Positions 5,437 through 13,778 of a stretch of 13,932 nt of DNA are shown piece by piece. Below the pieces are notes generated by a model, which was not told where the DNA came from, did not search any database, and saw only the letters and a program-made list of their open reading frames with translations. Made by a program: the position numbers and the translations under genes. Source of the DNA: Myxococcota bacterium (GTDB lineage: Bacteria; Myxococcota_A; Polyangia; HGW-17; JAJRWW01). The stretch covers positions 1 through 13,932 of the forward strand of contig JAJRWW010000627.1 of NCBI GenBank assembly GCA_024276595.1. Direction: 5' to 3'. The first letter of the stretch is position 1, and the number at the start of each line of letters is the position of its first letter.

Positions 5437-8400
5437 CTACTGTGTGTCCAGCCCCTTGAGGGCGTCCAGCAGCTCACGGAGCTGGTTCAGCTCTCCGAGG
5501 GCCTGCTCGATCATCGCGTCCACGGCGGGATCCACCACGCCGGCCTTCTTCAAGCGCCGGTCGATGGTGCGGAGCGCGTCCACAACCCGGATGTCCATGG
5601 AGGGGGAGAGGGAGCGGAGCTGGCTCCGGATGGTGGCAGGCAGGGAGAAGCTGTGCTTTCCCCCGGGGGGAGAGGGATGGCCTGCCAGCTCTGGCTCCAG
5701 GGACTTGGACGCGAGCTGGGACCGACCCGCAGCCGCCGCAGGAGATGCCGGGGCAGCGCCCGGCGCCTGGGGGGGCGCATGGGGCCGCATGGGGCCGGCC
5801 GCCGGGGGTGGGGAGACCGCGCCCGCGCTGCTCCCTCCACCCCTGCCCGCCTGGGCGTACCGCTCCATGGCGGCCACCATGGCCTGCACCCCCTGGCTGA
5901 GCGCTGCGAGCTGCTCGGTCACCTGCCCGACCGCCTCCGTGTCCGCAGCCGGCCGCCGCGACTCACCCTCCGAGCCTGCGCTCGGGGCCCTCCGGCCAGA
6001 GAGGCTCTCCTCCAGCTTCTCCAGCAAGAGCGCCTGGATCTGGTTGGACTCTGCGGTCTTCTCCCTGTCCGCCTCAACCGCCCTGGAGGCGTCCTGGATC
6101 CGCTGGCTGATGTCGCCCAGCTTCTCCGAGACGAGGCCCAGGGTGCCGGTGACCCTTGTCACCGGGTCGTCCTCGGCGCCCCCCATGGAGCGCTGCCTGC
6201 GGAAGCCCTCCTTGATCTCCTCCCAGCGGGCGGCCTGCTCCTCGGTCATCCGATTCCGCAGCTCGGCCAGCTTCAGAAGGTTCTGCTCCGCGCCGGTGGT
6301 CAGGGACTGGGCCTCGCCCTGGTAGTGGTCGTCCAGCAGGCTCTCCAGCTCGGAGTCGTTCATTACGGGCAGGATCTTCTCCGCCAGCTTGTTCATGTTG
6401 CGATAGCTGCCCTGGAGCTGGAAGCGCGGCTCCGTGCGGTAGGCGTCGTCCTGGGCGGCGGAGTAGATGTACTGCTGGTTGACCGAGAGCAGGACCCGCT
6501 GCACCCGCTGCAGCTTCTCCAGGACGGAGAGCACATCCTTGAGCTCCACCGACGAGTAGGGGTGGCTGAGCTGGTCCGCCTGCACCTCCTCACCGGCGGC
6601 CATGCGCACCAGCTTGTACAGGTCCTCTGGGTCCCGCGTGGTGAGAGGCGACAGCACCGGGTTGGAGGTGAGGGCGTTCTCCATGTACGACAGGGCGAAT
6701 GCCTCCTCGCGGCCCTCGAGGATGTCACCCAGGTTGTAGGTGTCGGCGCGGTTGGCCAGCATGTCAGGGATCTGGAACTTCTCCCCCGACTCGGTGTAGG
6801 GGTTGCCAGCCATGCACACAGCGAACTTCTTTCCCCGGAAGTCGTAGGTGCGGGTCTTTCCTTTCCACACCCCCTCGATGCGTCGCTGGGCGTCGCAGAG
6901 GGAGATGAACTTCTGCAGCAGCTCGCTGCTTGTGTGCTGGATGTCGTCGATGTACAGCAGCACGTTGTTGCCCATCTCAAAGGCGAGGTTGATCTTCTCC
7001 ACCTCCTGGCGCGCGGTGGCGTTGGGAGCCTCGGAGGGGTCCAGGGAGAGGACCTGGTGGCCCAGAGCGGGGCCGTTGATCTTCATGAACACCAGCCCAA
7101 GCCTGTTGGCGATGTACTCCATGAGGGTGGTCTTGCCGTAGCCAGGGGGAGAGATGAGCAGCAGCATCCCCATGAGGTCCGTGCGCTTGTTCTTGCCCAG
7201 GGCACCTATCTGCTTGGCCAGGTTGTCGCCGATCAGGGGGAGATACACCTCACTGATGAGCTTGTTGCGCACGAAGGAGCTCATCACCTTTGGCATGTAC
7301 TCCGAGATCCGGAGCGCCTCCCGCTCCCGCTCCAGCAGGTCGTGCCGGAGCTCCCTGAAGCGCTGGAAGGCGACGACTCGCTCCCGGCGGAAGGTGCCCA
7401 GGCGGGTCATGAACTCGTCCAGCCTCAGGTGGAGCGTCCGGTTTACGATGCGTGGATGCTGGCCCAGCAGGCCCTCCACGTCCGCAGAGGTCAGAGCGTG
7501 GCTCACCGAGCGCTGCACCTTGGACTCGGTCAGGATGAGCATCACCGCCTCCCTCACGGCGTGGCGGTTTGCTCTGACAGCCTCGTCGCTGGCGACATCC
7601 ACGAAGGCGCCAAGCCAGGCCTCCGCAAGCTCGAAGCGCTCCTCCACGCTGTCGGCGAGGAGCCGGAGATCGTCTGTGAACCCACGGTCGTTCTTGGTCT
7701 TCCGCAGGTGCTTCATGAAGTCCTTGCGGAGCTGCTCCGCCTCGGCGCTGATGACGAGCTCCACCGGGTCGGACGCCAGCTCCTCTGCCAGGTACTGGCC
7801 GGCGAAGCGGGCCTCCTCCGGGTCCAGATGGATGGACTCGGCCTGGAAGAAAGCGGAGATCGCCTCCGAGAGCTCTCCGTACAGCTCCGCGTGGGCGGCG
7901 CTGGGGGCGAAGGTGTCCCGCAGGCGCGCGAGGGAGCGCGCCCGGCGAGTCCAGCGCTCGGCGCGCTCCCTGTCCTCGTAGTGCGCCCAGAACAGGTTGG
8001 CCGCTGCCCGGGAGGAGGAGGAGAAGCGCAGCAGCCCGGCGGACTGGTACAGGGTGAGCAGCTTCCCGAGGATGAGCGCCGCGTCCGCGTCGTGCAGCCC
8101 TCGTTCATAGCCCTCGTCGTAGGCCTCGCCGGCGTACTGGCGCACGATCTCCAGCAAGTCCGTCTCGGTGGCCGCGGCTGCCCGGAGCTGAGCCAGGCTG
8201 TGGTTGCCCCGCTCCAGCTCGGCGTCCGCCAGGATCTTGGCGGCCAGGTACTCCCCACGGTACACATCGGCGGTCTCGCTCACTAGCTGCTGATCCCACA
8301 GGTCCCGGGTCTGGGCAAACTCAGGGTCGTCGATTCTCTGGTAGAAGTCGGTGCCAGTGAGGTGCAGGTACATCTCACCGTCCCGGGGCACCATGGTGAG

Positions 8401-11040
8401 ATCCAGAGGCTGAGTGTTTACGCTGAAGCTGTGGCGGCCCAGCTTGATGGAGTCGCCACCGTCGGTGAAGATGTCCTCCCTGTCCCGCAGCCCCCTGGCA
8501 GCATCCTGGATGGCCCCCTTCAGCCGGGCCTCCACCTCGTCCGCCTTTACCGAGTCTCCCAGCTCCCGGAGGTCTGAGGAGAGATCCTTGAGCTTTGTGA
8601 CCATGGGGTCGGAGGCAAAGTAGGAGTTGAGCTCGTCCACGTCGGCGAAGGTGGCTGCGCGGCGGCTCACCGTCTGGAGGATTCGCTCGGCGGCCTGCAT
8701 CATGTTCCCGGCGCGGCGCTGGCGCGCGTCCAGGAGCTGCTGCTTCTTGGTGGAGAAGGCCTTGTAGACCTCCTCCCGCTTGGTGGAAAGATCCTCGATG
8801 AACTGGTCGAACTCGGCGTAGCGGCTCTCCAGCTCCTCCAGCGCCATCATGAGGCGCGACAGCTCGGAGTCACACTTGGCAGGGGTGTCCGCCAGACCCA
8901 GGGCGCTGGTGACGTTCTGGGAGAAGACGTTGAACTCGGCACCGAACTCGGCCACCGCCTCCGTGGAGAGCAGCTCCTTGCGACGGTTCTCCAGCAGCGC
9001 CCTGCAGCGGTTCAGGCTCCCGAGCACCTCCGAGATGCCCTCCAGGATCTGCGTGCGCTGGGTAGAGTCCTCGAGCTTCAGCCCCCCGACAACCTCCGTG
9101 AGCATCTGGAGCTGCTCGTTCATGGTCTCCACCCGCTGGCGCAGGGGCTCGGCCTCGGCCACCTTCTCGATGGCCTCGCTGGAGCTCACCAGCTCGGCGA
9201 TCTTTTCGTGGTAGGGAGCCAGGGCATCCTCCCCCAGCAGAAACCTCACGGTGTGGCCGGTGAGCTTTTCGAACTGCTCCACCACCCGGGCCTCCAGGCC
9301 ATCCACCCGGGCGACGTCAACGTGACGGAGATTGCGCAAGGTGATGAGCTGCCCGCGCTGCTTGCGCAGGGCCGCCAGCCCCTCCACGAAGGCGTCCGAG
9401 GTGGTCCAGGAGTCGGGCTTGAGGTCCCTCAGCAGCTCCGCAAGCTGCTTCTCCGCGCGGTCCACCGCCTGACCGGACTGGCGCCGCACCTCCTCCACCT
9501 TCTGGAACTCGTCCACGATGAGGCTGGCGGTGTCCTTTATCTCCTCCAGGGGTTTGCGGAGGTTGCCCACCTCATCTCGATCCAGCCAGTAGTGGTCGTC
9601 GAGCACCCGGGACACGGCAGCCACCAGGTCCTCGTAGATCTGGACCGTGGGCCTCTGCTCCTCCACGGCCCTGCGAATGGAGAGCATGTCCGAGATGCCG
9701 CGCACCAGGTCGGCGTTGCCGATCTTTTCCAGGTATGAGCCCGAGGAAGGGGCCCTGGCGGCAAACTCGTCACTGGTAAAGGGGGTCTGCCAGATCTGCA
9801 TGGGGTGAACCCGCGTGGGCTCGTCGCTCTCGGTGCGGAAGACCACCAGCTTCCCGTCGGGGAACAGACCAAAGCCGTTGCACCTGATCGGGTTCTGCAG
9901 CTCCTTGCGGATCATGTTATAGGGCAGCAGCACCGACCTGCCCTCCATGCGGCTGTGGAAGATGTACAGCACGTCCTCGCCGTTGGGCGAACGGATCATG
10001 CGCATGAACTCCAGGCTCTCGGTGCTCCCTTCGAAGGTCTTGGTCTCTCCCGACTGCAGGTGGTAGCCGCCGGGGAAGATGACCCCGTGGTCCTCGGGGA
10101 GCTGAACGCAGGCTTGACCGATGGCGTCTATGCGCTCGGCCCTCTTGGTGCGGGTGTTAAAGAGCAGGTATCGATAGTGCTCCTCCCGGTAGGGGAGCAC
10201 CTTGAAGAGCACCAGCACCCCAACCCGAGCGTAGAGGATCTCTGCGTCGTCCAGCGACTGGTCCGGGTCCTCCACCGGCTCCCGGTAGACCCCCAGGCCG
10301 TCCTCGGTGTTGTCCTCCACCTTGATGGTGAGGTCGCCGCCCACGGTCTCGATGAACACCTCGTCGTCGATGGAGATGTGGGGGTGACGGCCCGGCACAT
10401 GCTGCTCCCTGGTGGTGGGGACCCACTCGAAGTCGTGGGAGGGGGGGAAGACCTGCTCCCGCTCCCCCCTGTTGTCGATGTAGGTGACCTCGCTGCCATC
10501 GGGGGACACGGCCCACTGGAAGACCCTGATGTCAGAGACGGTGGCGCCGGTCCTGAAGACAGCCAGCAGCTTTTGACCCACGCGCCGGAGCTGCATGAGC
10601 TCGGTGTCCTTGTAGAACCGATACAGCTCGGAGAACTCGCTGATGAACTTGGGCGCCGCCAGGAAGGAGGCATCCACCGCCTCCAGCTTGAACCCATCAT
10701 CGGTCTGCTCGAAGGAGCGAAGAGAGAGCACATCCGAGACGTCAGTCTCCTTCTTCAGGCCCAAAAAGGCGTTGTAGCCAAAAAGCAGCCGGTCTCCCAC
10801 CTCCACGATGTCCCTGGGCACGCAGTTGTTCTCGGTGCGGATGCGCTCGTTGCCAATGATGGCCATCTGGGTGCCACCAAAAACCTTGATTCGCTCGGCG
10901 TTGAGGGCCTGAGCCTTTTCCCCCAGCCCCCTGGCCTGCTGCACCAGGCGGTCCCTGATGATCTCGTAGGTGCCCTGCTCGATGGCAGCGGCGCCCTCCG
11001 TCTCCTCCACGACGCCGGCGGCTTTTTCTTCAGCGGCCAT
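5437..11040 (-). CDS. giant coiled-coil AAA+ ATPase of about 1,867 aa. Layout: N-terminal globular domain (about aa 1-430) unassigned; coiled-coil-rich region (about aa 430-1250); AAA+ module (about aa 1250-1450); Pro/Ala/Gly-rich linker (about aa 1683-1795); conserved C-terminal helix
   Basis: The single 5.6-kb ORF has strong GC3 bias. The ATG at 11040 is preceded by GGGAGAGG; an in-frame GTG at 11043 is an alternative start. The P-loop LLLISPPGYGKTTLMEY is encoded at 7126-7152 and Walker B VLLYIDDIQH at 6943-6960. A downstream segment, AVCMAGNPYTESGEKFQIPDMLANRADTYNL, resembles sensor regions of MoxR/AAA_5 ATPases. No protease, nuclease or vWA motifs are seen. Confidence 0.85.
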   Translation of the reverse strand: MAAEEKAAGVVEETEGAAAIEQGTYEIIRDRLVQQARGLGEKAQALNAERIKVFGGTQMAIIGNERIRTENNCVPRDIVEVGDRLLFGYNAFLGLKKETDVSDVLSLRSFEQTDDGFKLEAVDASFLAAPKFISEFSELYRFYKDTELMQLRRVGQKLLAVFRTGATVSDIRVFQWAVSPDGSEVTYIDNRGEREQVFPPSHDFEWVPTTREQHVPGRHPHISIDDEVFIETVGGDLTIKVEDNTEDGLGVYREPVEDPDQSLDDAEILYARVGVLVLFKVLPYREEHYRYLLFNTRTKRAERIDAIGQACVQLPEDHGVIFPGGYHLQSGETKTFEGSTESLEFMRMIRSPNGEDVLYIFHSRMEGRSVLLPYNMIRKELQNPIRCNGFGLFPDGKLVVFRTESDEPTRVHPMQIWQTPFTSDEFAARAPSSGSYLEKIGNADLVRGISDMLSIRRAVEEQRPTVQIYEDLVAAVSRVLDDHYWLDRDEVGNLRKPLEEIKDTASLIVDEFQKVEEVRRQSGQAVDRAEKQLAELLRDLKPDSWTTSDAFVEGLAALRKQRGQLITLRNLRHVDVARVDGLEARVVEQFEKLTGHTVRFLLGEDALAPYHEKIAELVSSSEAIEKVAEAEPLRQRVETMNEQLQMLTEVVGGLKLEDSTQRTQILEGISEVLGSLNRCRALLENRRKELLSTEAVAEFGAEFNVFSQNVTSALGLADTPAKCDSELSRLMMALEELESRYAEFDQFIEDLSTKREEVYKAFSTKKQQLLDARQRRAGNMMQAAERILQTVSRRAATFADVDELNSYFASDPMVTKLKDLSSDLRELGDSVKADEVEARLKGAIQDAARGLRDREDIFTDGGDSIKLGRHSFSVNTQPLDLTMVPRDGEMYLHLTGTDFYQRIDDPEFAQTRDLWDQQLVSETADVYRGEYLAAKILADAELERGNHSLAQLRAAAATETDLLEIVRQYAGEAYDEGYERGLHDADAALILGKLLTLYQSAGLLRFSSSSRAAANLFWAHYEDRERAERWTRRARSLARLRDTFAPSAAHAELYGELSEAISAFFQAESIHLDPEEARFAGQYLAEELASDPVELVISAEAEQLRKDFMKHLRKTKNDRGFTDDLRLLADSVEERFELAEAWLGAFVDVASDEAVRANRHAVREAVMLILTESKVQRSVSHALTSADVEGLLGQHPRIVNRTLHLRLDEFMTRLGTFRRERVVAFQRFRELRHDLLEREREALRISEYMPKVMSSFVRNKLISEVYLPLIGDNLAKQIGALGKNKRTDLMGMLLLISPPGYGKTTLMEYIANRLGLVFMKINGPALGHQVLSLDPSEAPNATARQEVEKINLAFEMGNNVLLYIDDIQHTSSELLQKFISLCDAQRRIEGVWKGKTRTYDFRGKKFAVCMAGNPYTESGEKFQIPDMLANRADTYNLGDILEGREEAFALSYMENALTSNPVLSPLTTRDPEDLYKLVRMAAGEEVQADQLSHPYSSVELKDVLSVLEKLQRVQRVLLSVNQQYIYSAAQDDAYRTEPRFQLQGSYRNMNKLAEKILPVMNDSELESLLDDHYQGEAQSLTTGAEQNLLKLAELRNRMTEEQAARWEEIKEGFRRQRSMGGAEDDPVTRVTGTLGLVSEKLGDISQRIQDASRAVEADREKTAESNQIQALLLEKLEESLSGRRAPSAGSEGESRRPAADTEAVGQVTEQLAALSQGVQAMVAAMERYAQAGRGGGSSAGAVSPPPAAGPMRPHAPPQAPGAAPASPAAAAGRSQLASKSLEPELAGHPSPPGGKHSFSLPATIRSQLRSLSPSMDIRVVDALRTIDRRLKKAGVVDPAVDAMIEQALGELNQLRELLDALKGLDTQ
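5777..5796 (-). repeat. perfect 10-bp tandem duplication (gcatggggcc x2) inside the low-complexity linker coding region
   Basis: Read directly. It encodes GPMRPHAPP on the minus strand. The unit length is not a multiple of 3. Confidence 0.85.
6693..7293 (-). other. AAA+ ATPase core (Walker A and Walker B) of the giant protein
   Basis: Walker A is the GPPGxGKT-type SPPGYGKTT. Walker B is hhhhDD (LLYIDD), about 60 aa downstream. An MAGNP motif lies about 45 aa after that, as in MoxR/dynein-like AAA_5 domains. Confidence 0.7.
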
Positions 11041-11043
11041 CAC

Positions 11044-11171
11044 CCTCTCCCGTTTCTGGCTGGCTCAAGGTCGCCAGCCCGGGGCAGTTTCTCCTCGACC
11101 AGGGAGCGCCCGATGGGCCGGAGCACTCGGTCGAGTGCGTGGCCGCCACCTGACCTGGTCCTTGCCCTGGT
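11044..11171 (-). promoter_or_regulatory. 128-bp spacer between the flotillin gene and the giant ATPase gene, both on the minus strand; likely co-transcribed, possibly with an internal promoter
   Basis: The two genes share a strand and sit close together. The only RBS is immediately before the ATPase start, and I see no strong hairpin in the spacer. Confidence 0.3.
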
Positions 11172-13346
11172 CTAAAGCTCGGCCTCGTCCACGCCCAGCT
11201 TCTTCGCCTCGGCGAGGAGCGACTGGAGCTTGGACTTGCCGGCATCGTCGGTCTTGAGCATCAGCTTGCCCAGCAGCCCAGAGAGGGTGAGGTTCTGCAG
11301 GTCGGCAGGCGAGATGGCTGAGTTTGAAAGCACCTGCTTGAGGTCCTCGGGCAAGTTGGCGCTCCTGTCCAGGTAGTCCTTGAACGCGGTGGAGGCGGCG
11401 CCGGAGCCCTTGAAGAAGCCGTCCACGCTCTTGCCGAGGGTCACGGAGTTCACGAGCCGCTCGAAGAACAGGTTCTCGCCGCCAACGATGTCGATCTTGG
11501 CGGTCTTGAGGGCCTCGGCCACGATCTCTGCCTGGGAGCGAGCGACCTCCTTGCGGGCCTCGATGCCCTGCAGCTCGATGGCGCGCTCGTTCTCCAGGCG
11601 CAGGCGGTACTCCTCGTGCCCCCGGCTGGCGTCGTCCAGGGCGCCCATGGCCCGGGCCTTCTCCTCCAGTCCGGAGGCCTCCGCCTCCAGCTTCAGTCGG
11701 ATGGCCTCGGCCTCGGCCATGCCCTGCTCCCGGGTGACCACCGCGGTGGAGAGCCCCTTCTCCTTGGAGACGACTGCCTCGGCCATGCCGTGCTTCTCCG
11801 TGGCGCCAGCGTCCACCTCCTTGACCTTGGCCCTGGCCTCCCCCTGCGCCTCGATGCCCCTGGCCTCCGCCTGCATCTTCTCCAGCAAGATCCGCGCCTC
11901 GGCCATGCCCACCTTCTCGATGGCGTCGGCGTCGGCGTTCTTCACGGTGACGGTGGCCAGACCGGCGGCGGCGGCCTCCGCCTGGGTCCCCTCGGCCAGG
12001 CGCATCTTGGCCTGGGCCTCCTTGTCGGAGACCTCGAGCTGTGCGTCGGCGAGCAGGAGCCTCTCCCGGGCGCGGAACTTGGCCGCCTCCTCGGCCGCCT
12101 CGGCCGCCTTGATGTCCTTCACCAGCTTCTCCTGGGCCTGGGCCTCGGCGGTGATGATGGTGGCCTCCTTGCTGCGCTTGGCCTCCTCCACCAGCCGCAA
12201 GGCCTTTATTCGCTCCTCCTCCTCGGCCTGGGTGCGCTCCACCGCCAGACGCTCTCGGATGACGTCGGCGATCTCCTTCTTCTCCCTCTCCACCTCTTTT
12301 TGCTTGGCTATGGTGCCCAGCTCGGTCTCCCGCTCCCTGGCGATGGCCTCCAGGGCCCGGTCCTTCTCTACCCGCTCGTTCTCCACTGCCACGACCCGCT
12401 CGCGGTTCTTCATGGCCACCGCCACCTGGCGGGCCTTGTTCTCCTCGTTGATGGCGATCTCCTCCTCGGTCTTGATGCGCGCCAGCTCTGCCTTGCGCCT
12501 CTCCTCTGCCTGGACCTTCTGGGTCTCTGCCGCCTCTCTGGCGCGCACGACGGCTATCTCCCGAGCCTGCTTCGCCTCGGCGTCCGCCTGCTGCCGCTCC
12601 AGCTCCAAGATGGCCTCTTTGGCCTCCACGTTCTGCTTGGTGATGAGCTTCCGCTCATTGTTCTCAAAGTCGTTGGTGCGAACGTTCTCGGACGCGGTCA
12701 GATCGGTGATCTTCCGGATGCCCTGGGCGTCCAGCACGTTCTTGGGGTCGAGGGACTCCAGGGGGGTCTGCTCCAGGTAGTCGATGGCGGCGTCCTCTAG
12801 CTGGTAGCCGTTGAGGTCCACGCCGATGACCTCGATGATCCGCTTGCGGAAGTCCTCCCGCTTTGTGTAAAGGTCCACGAAGTCGAGCTGCTTGCCCACG
12901 GTCTTGAGGGCCTCTGAGAACTTGGCATTGAAGAGCTCCTCCAGGGCCATCCGATCCGACGCGCGGGCGCAGCCAACCGACTGCGCCACCTGGATGACGT
13001 CATCGGTGGAGCGTCCGACCCGGACATAGAAGGTGACCTTGATGTCCGCCCGGATGTTGTCCTTGCAGATCATCCCATCCTTGCCCCGCCGGTCGATCTC
13101 TATGGTGTTGAGGGAGATGTCCATGATCTCCGCCTTGTTGTACACTGGCCAGACGAAGTGCCCGGTGAAGGCGACCTTCACCTTGCCCCGCGGGCTCGAC
13201 ACGATGAGCACCTTCCCCTGGGGCACCTTGCGATAGAAGCCCGCCAGGAACGTGGGAATGAGCAAGATCAGCGCGAGGATGGCGACCCCAACGATCACTA
13301 GCAGCGACATCAGAGGGCTGAGCCCCATGAGGGCAAAAACAGACAT
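11172..13346 (-). CDS. flotillin-like SPFH/Band 7 membrane protein (YqiK/FloT family), 724 aa. It has an N-terminal TM segment, an SPFH domain, and an EA-rich coiled-coil flotillin region of about 370 aa
   Basis: The ATG at 13346 is preceded by GAAGGAGG. The N-terminus MSVFALMGLSPLMSLLVIVGVAILALILLIPTFLAGFYRKVPQGKVLIVSS...VKVAFTGHFVWPVYNKAEIMDISLNTIEIDR...IRADIKVTFYVRV is a typical flotillin start: hairpin/TM, then SPFH beta-sheet. Long AEAxxA/ERxK repeats follow. I reject the 22-codon upstream extension (MTPPPPRRQRPP...). Confidence 0.9.
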   Translation of the reverse strand: MSVFALMGLSPLMSLLVIVGVAILALILLIPTFLAGFYRKVPQGKVLIVSSPRGKVKVAFTGHFVWPVYNKAEIMDISLNTIEIDRRGKDGMICKDNIRADIKVTFYVRVGRSTDDVIQVAQSVGCARASDRMALEELFNAKFSEALKTVGKQLDFVDLYTKREDFRKRIIEVIGVDLNGYQLEDAAIDYLEQTPLESLDPKNVLDAQGIRKITDLTASENVRTNDFENNERKLITKQNVEAKEAILELERQQADAEAKQAREIAVVRAREAAETQKVQAEERRKAELARIKTEEEIAINEENKARQVAVAMKNRERVVAVENERVEKDRALEAIARERETELGTIAKQKEVEREKKEIADVIRERLAVERTQAEEEERIKALRLVEEAKRSKEATIITAEAQAQEKLVKDIKAAEAAEEAAKFRARERLLLADAQLEVSDKEAQAKMRLAEGTQAEAAAAGLATVTVKNADADAIEKVGMAEARILLEKMQAEARGIEAQGEARAKVKEVDAGATEKHGMAEAVVSKEKGLSTAVVTREQGMAEAEAIRLKLEAEASGLEEKARAMGALDDASRGHEEYRLRLENERAIELQGIEARKEVARSQAEIVAEALKTAKIDIVGGENLFFERLVNSVTLGKSVDGFFKGSGAASTAFKDYLDRSANLPEDLKQVLSNSAISPADLQNLTLSGLLGKLMLKTDDAGKSKLQSLLAEAKKLGVDEAEL

Positions 13347-13504
13347 GTCCCGGACCTCCTTCGTCCCAAGAACCCGTGGGGGTCTTTGTCGTCTGGGCGG
13401 GGGTGGCGTCACGAGGAGCCCGTCCCCTGCTGGGATCTACGCCTCTCCCCGCCCCGCTGTCAAGGCCAAGTAGCTGCGGGGAGAGATCCCTGGCGGGGCC
13501 GAGG

Positions 13505-13720
13505 CTACCAGTCGTCGGGATCCGAGGGCGGGGGGCGCCTCCGAGGGGATCCGTCCACCCCTCCATCGAGAGGCTCAGTGGGAGTGGGGGCGCCGAAGGT
13601 CTCACCCAGGCGCCGGGCACAGGAGTCGCGGAACAGGAGCCACGCCGCCAGCAGCAGCAGCGCCAGGGCCAGGAAGATGTACTGCTGTGCCGAGACGTTG
13701 GGGCGGTGTCTCTGCCCCAT
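13505..13720 (-). CDS. possible small single-pass membrane protein of 72 aa (MGQRHRPNVSAQQYIFLALALLLLAAWLLF...), immediately upstream of the flotillin gene
   Basis: GC3 is high in this frame, at about 85%. One hydrophobic helix is followed by a Pro/Asp-rich tail. The RBS is weak (GCGAGG). The six-frame ORF extends to 13915 but would then overlap the recJ 3' end, so the start at Met66 is preferred. Confidence 0.35.
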   Translation of the reverse strand: MGQRHRPNVSAQQYIFLALALLLLAAWLLFRDSCARRLGETFGAPTPTEPLDGGVDGSPRRRPPPSDPDDW

Positions 13721-13778
13721 TCGCGCTCGGCGACCTCGCTGCAGAGGCCCGCTCGGGCGGCCGGGCTCGACCCCTCGC

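Noticed and set aside
5653-8286. 877-aa ORF on the plus strand, with further plus-strand ORFs at 9805-11175 (456 aa), 9208-9738 and 7154-7981
   Set aside because: These run antisense to the 5.6-kb AAA+ gene. They are low-complexity (Leu/Gly/Val/Arg/Pro runs), have no motifs, no RBS and no GC3 periodicity. Such open frames are expected on the opposite strand of a high-GC3 gene.
11380-12800. 466-aa and 394-aa plus-strand ORFs
   Set aside because: They run antisense to the flotillin coiled-coil region. Their Ser/Ala/Leu/Gly low-complexity translations are an artefact of the GAG/GCC-rich sense strand.
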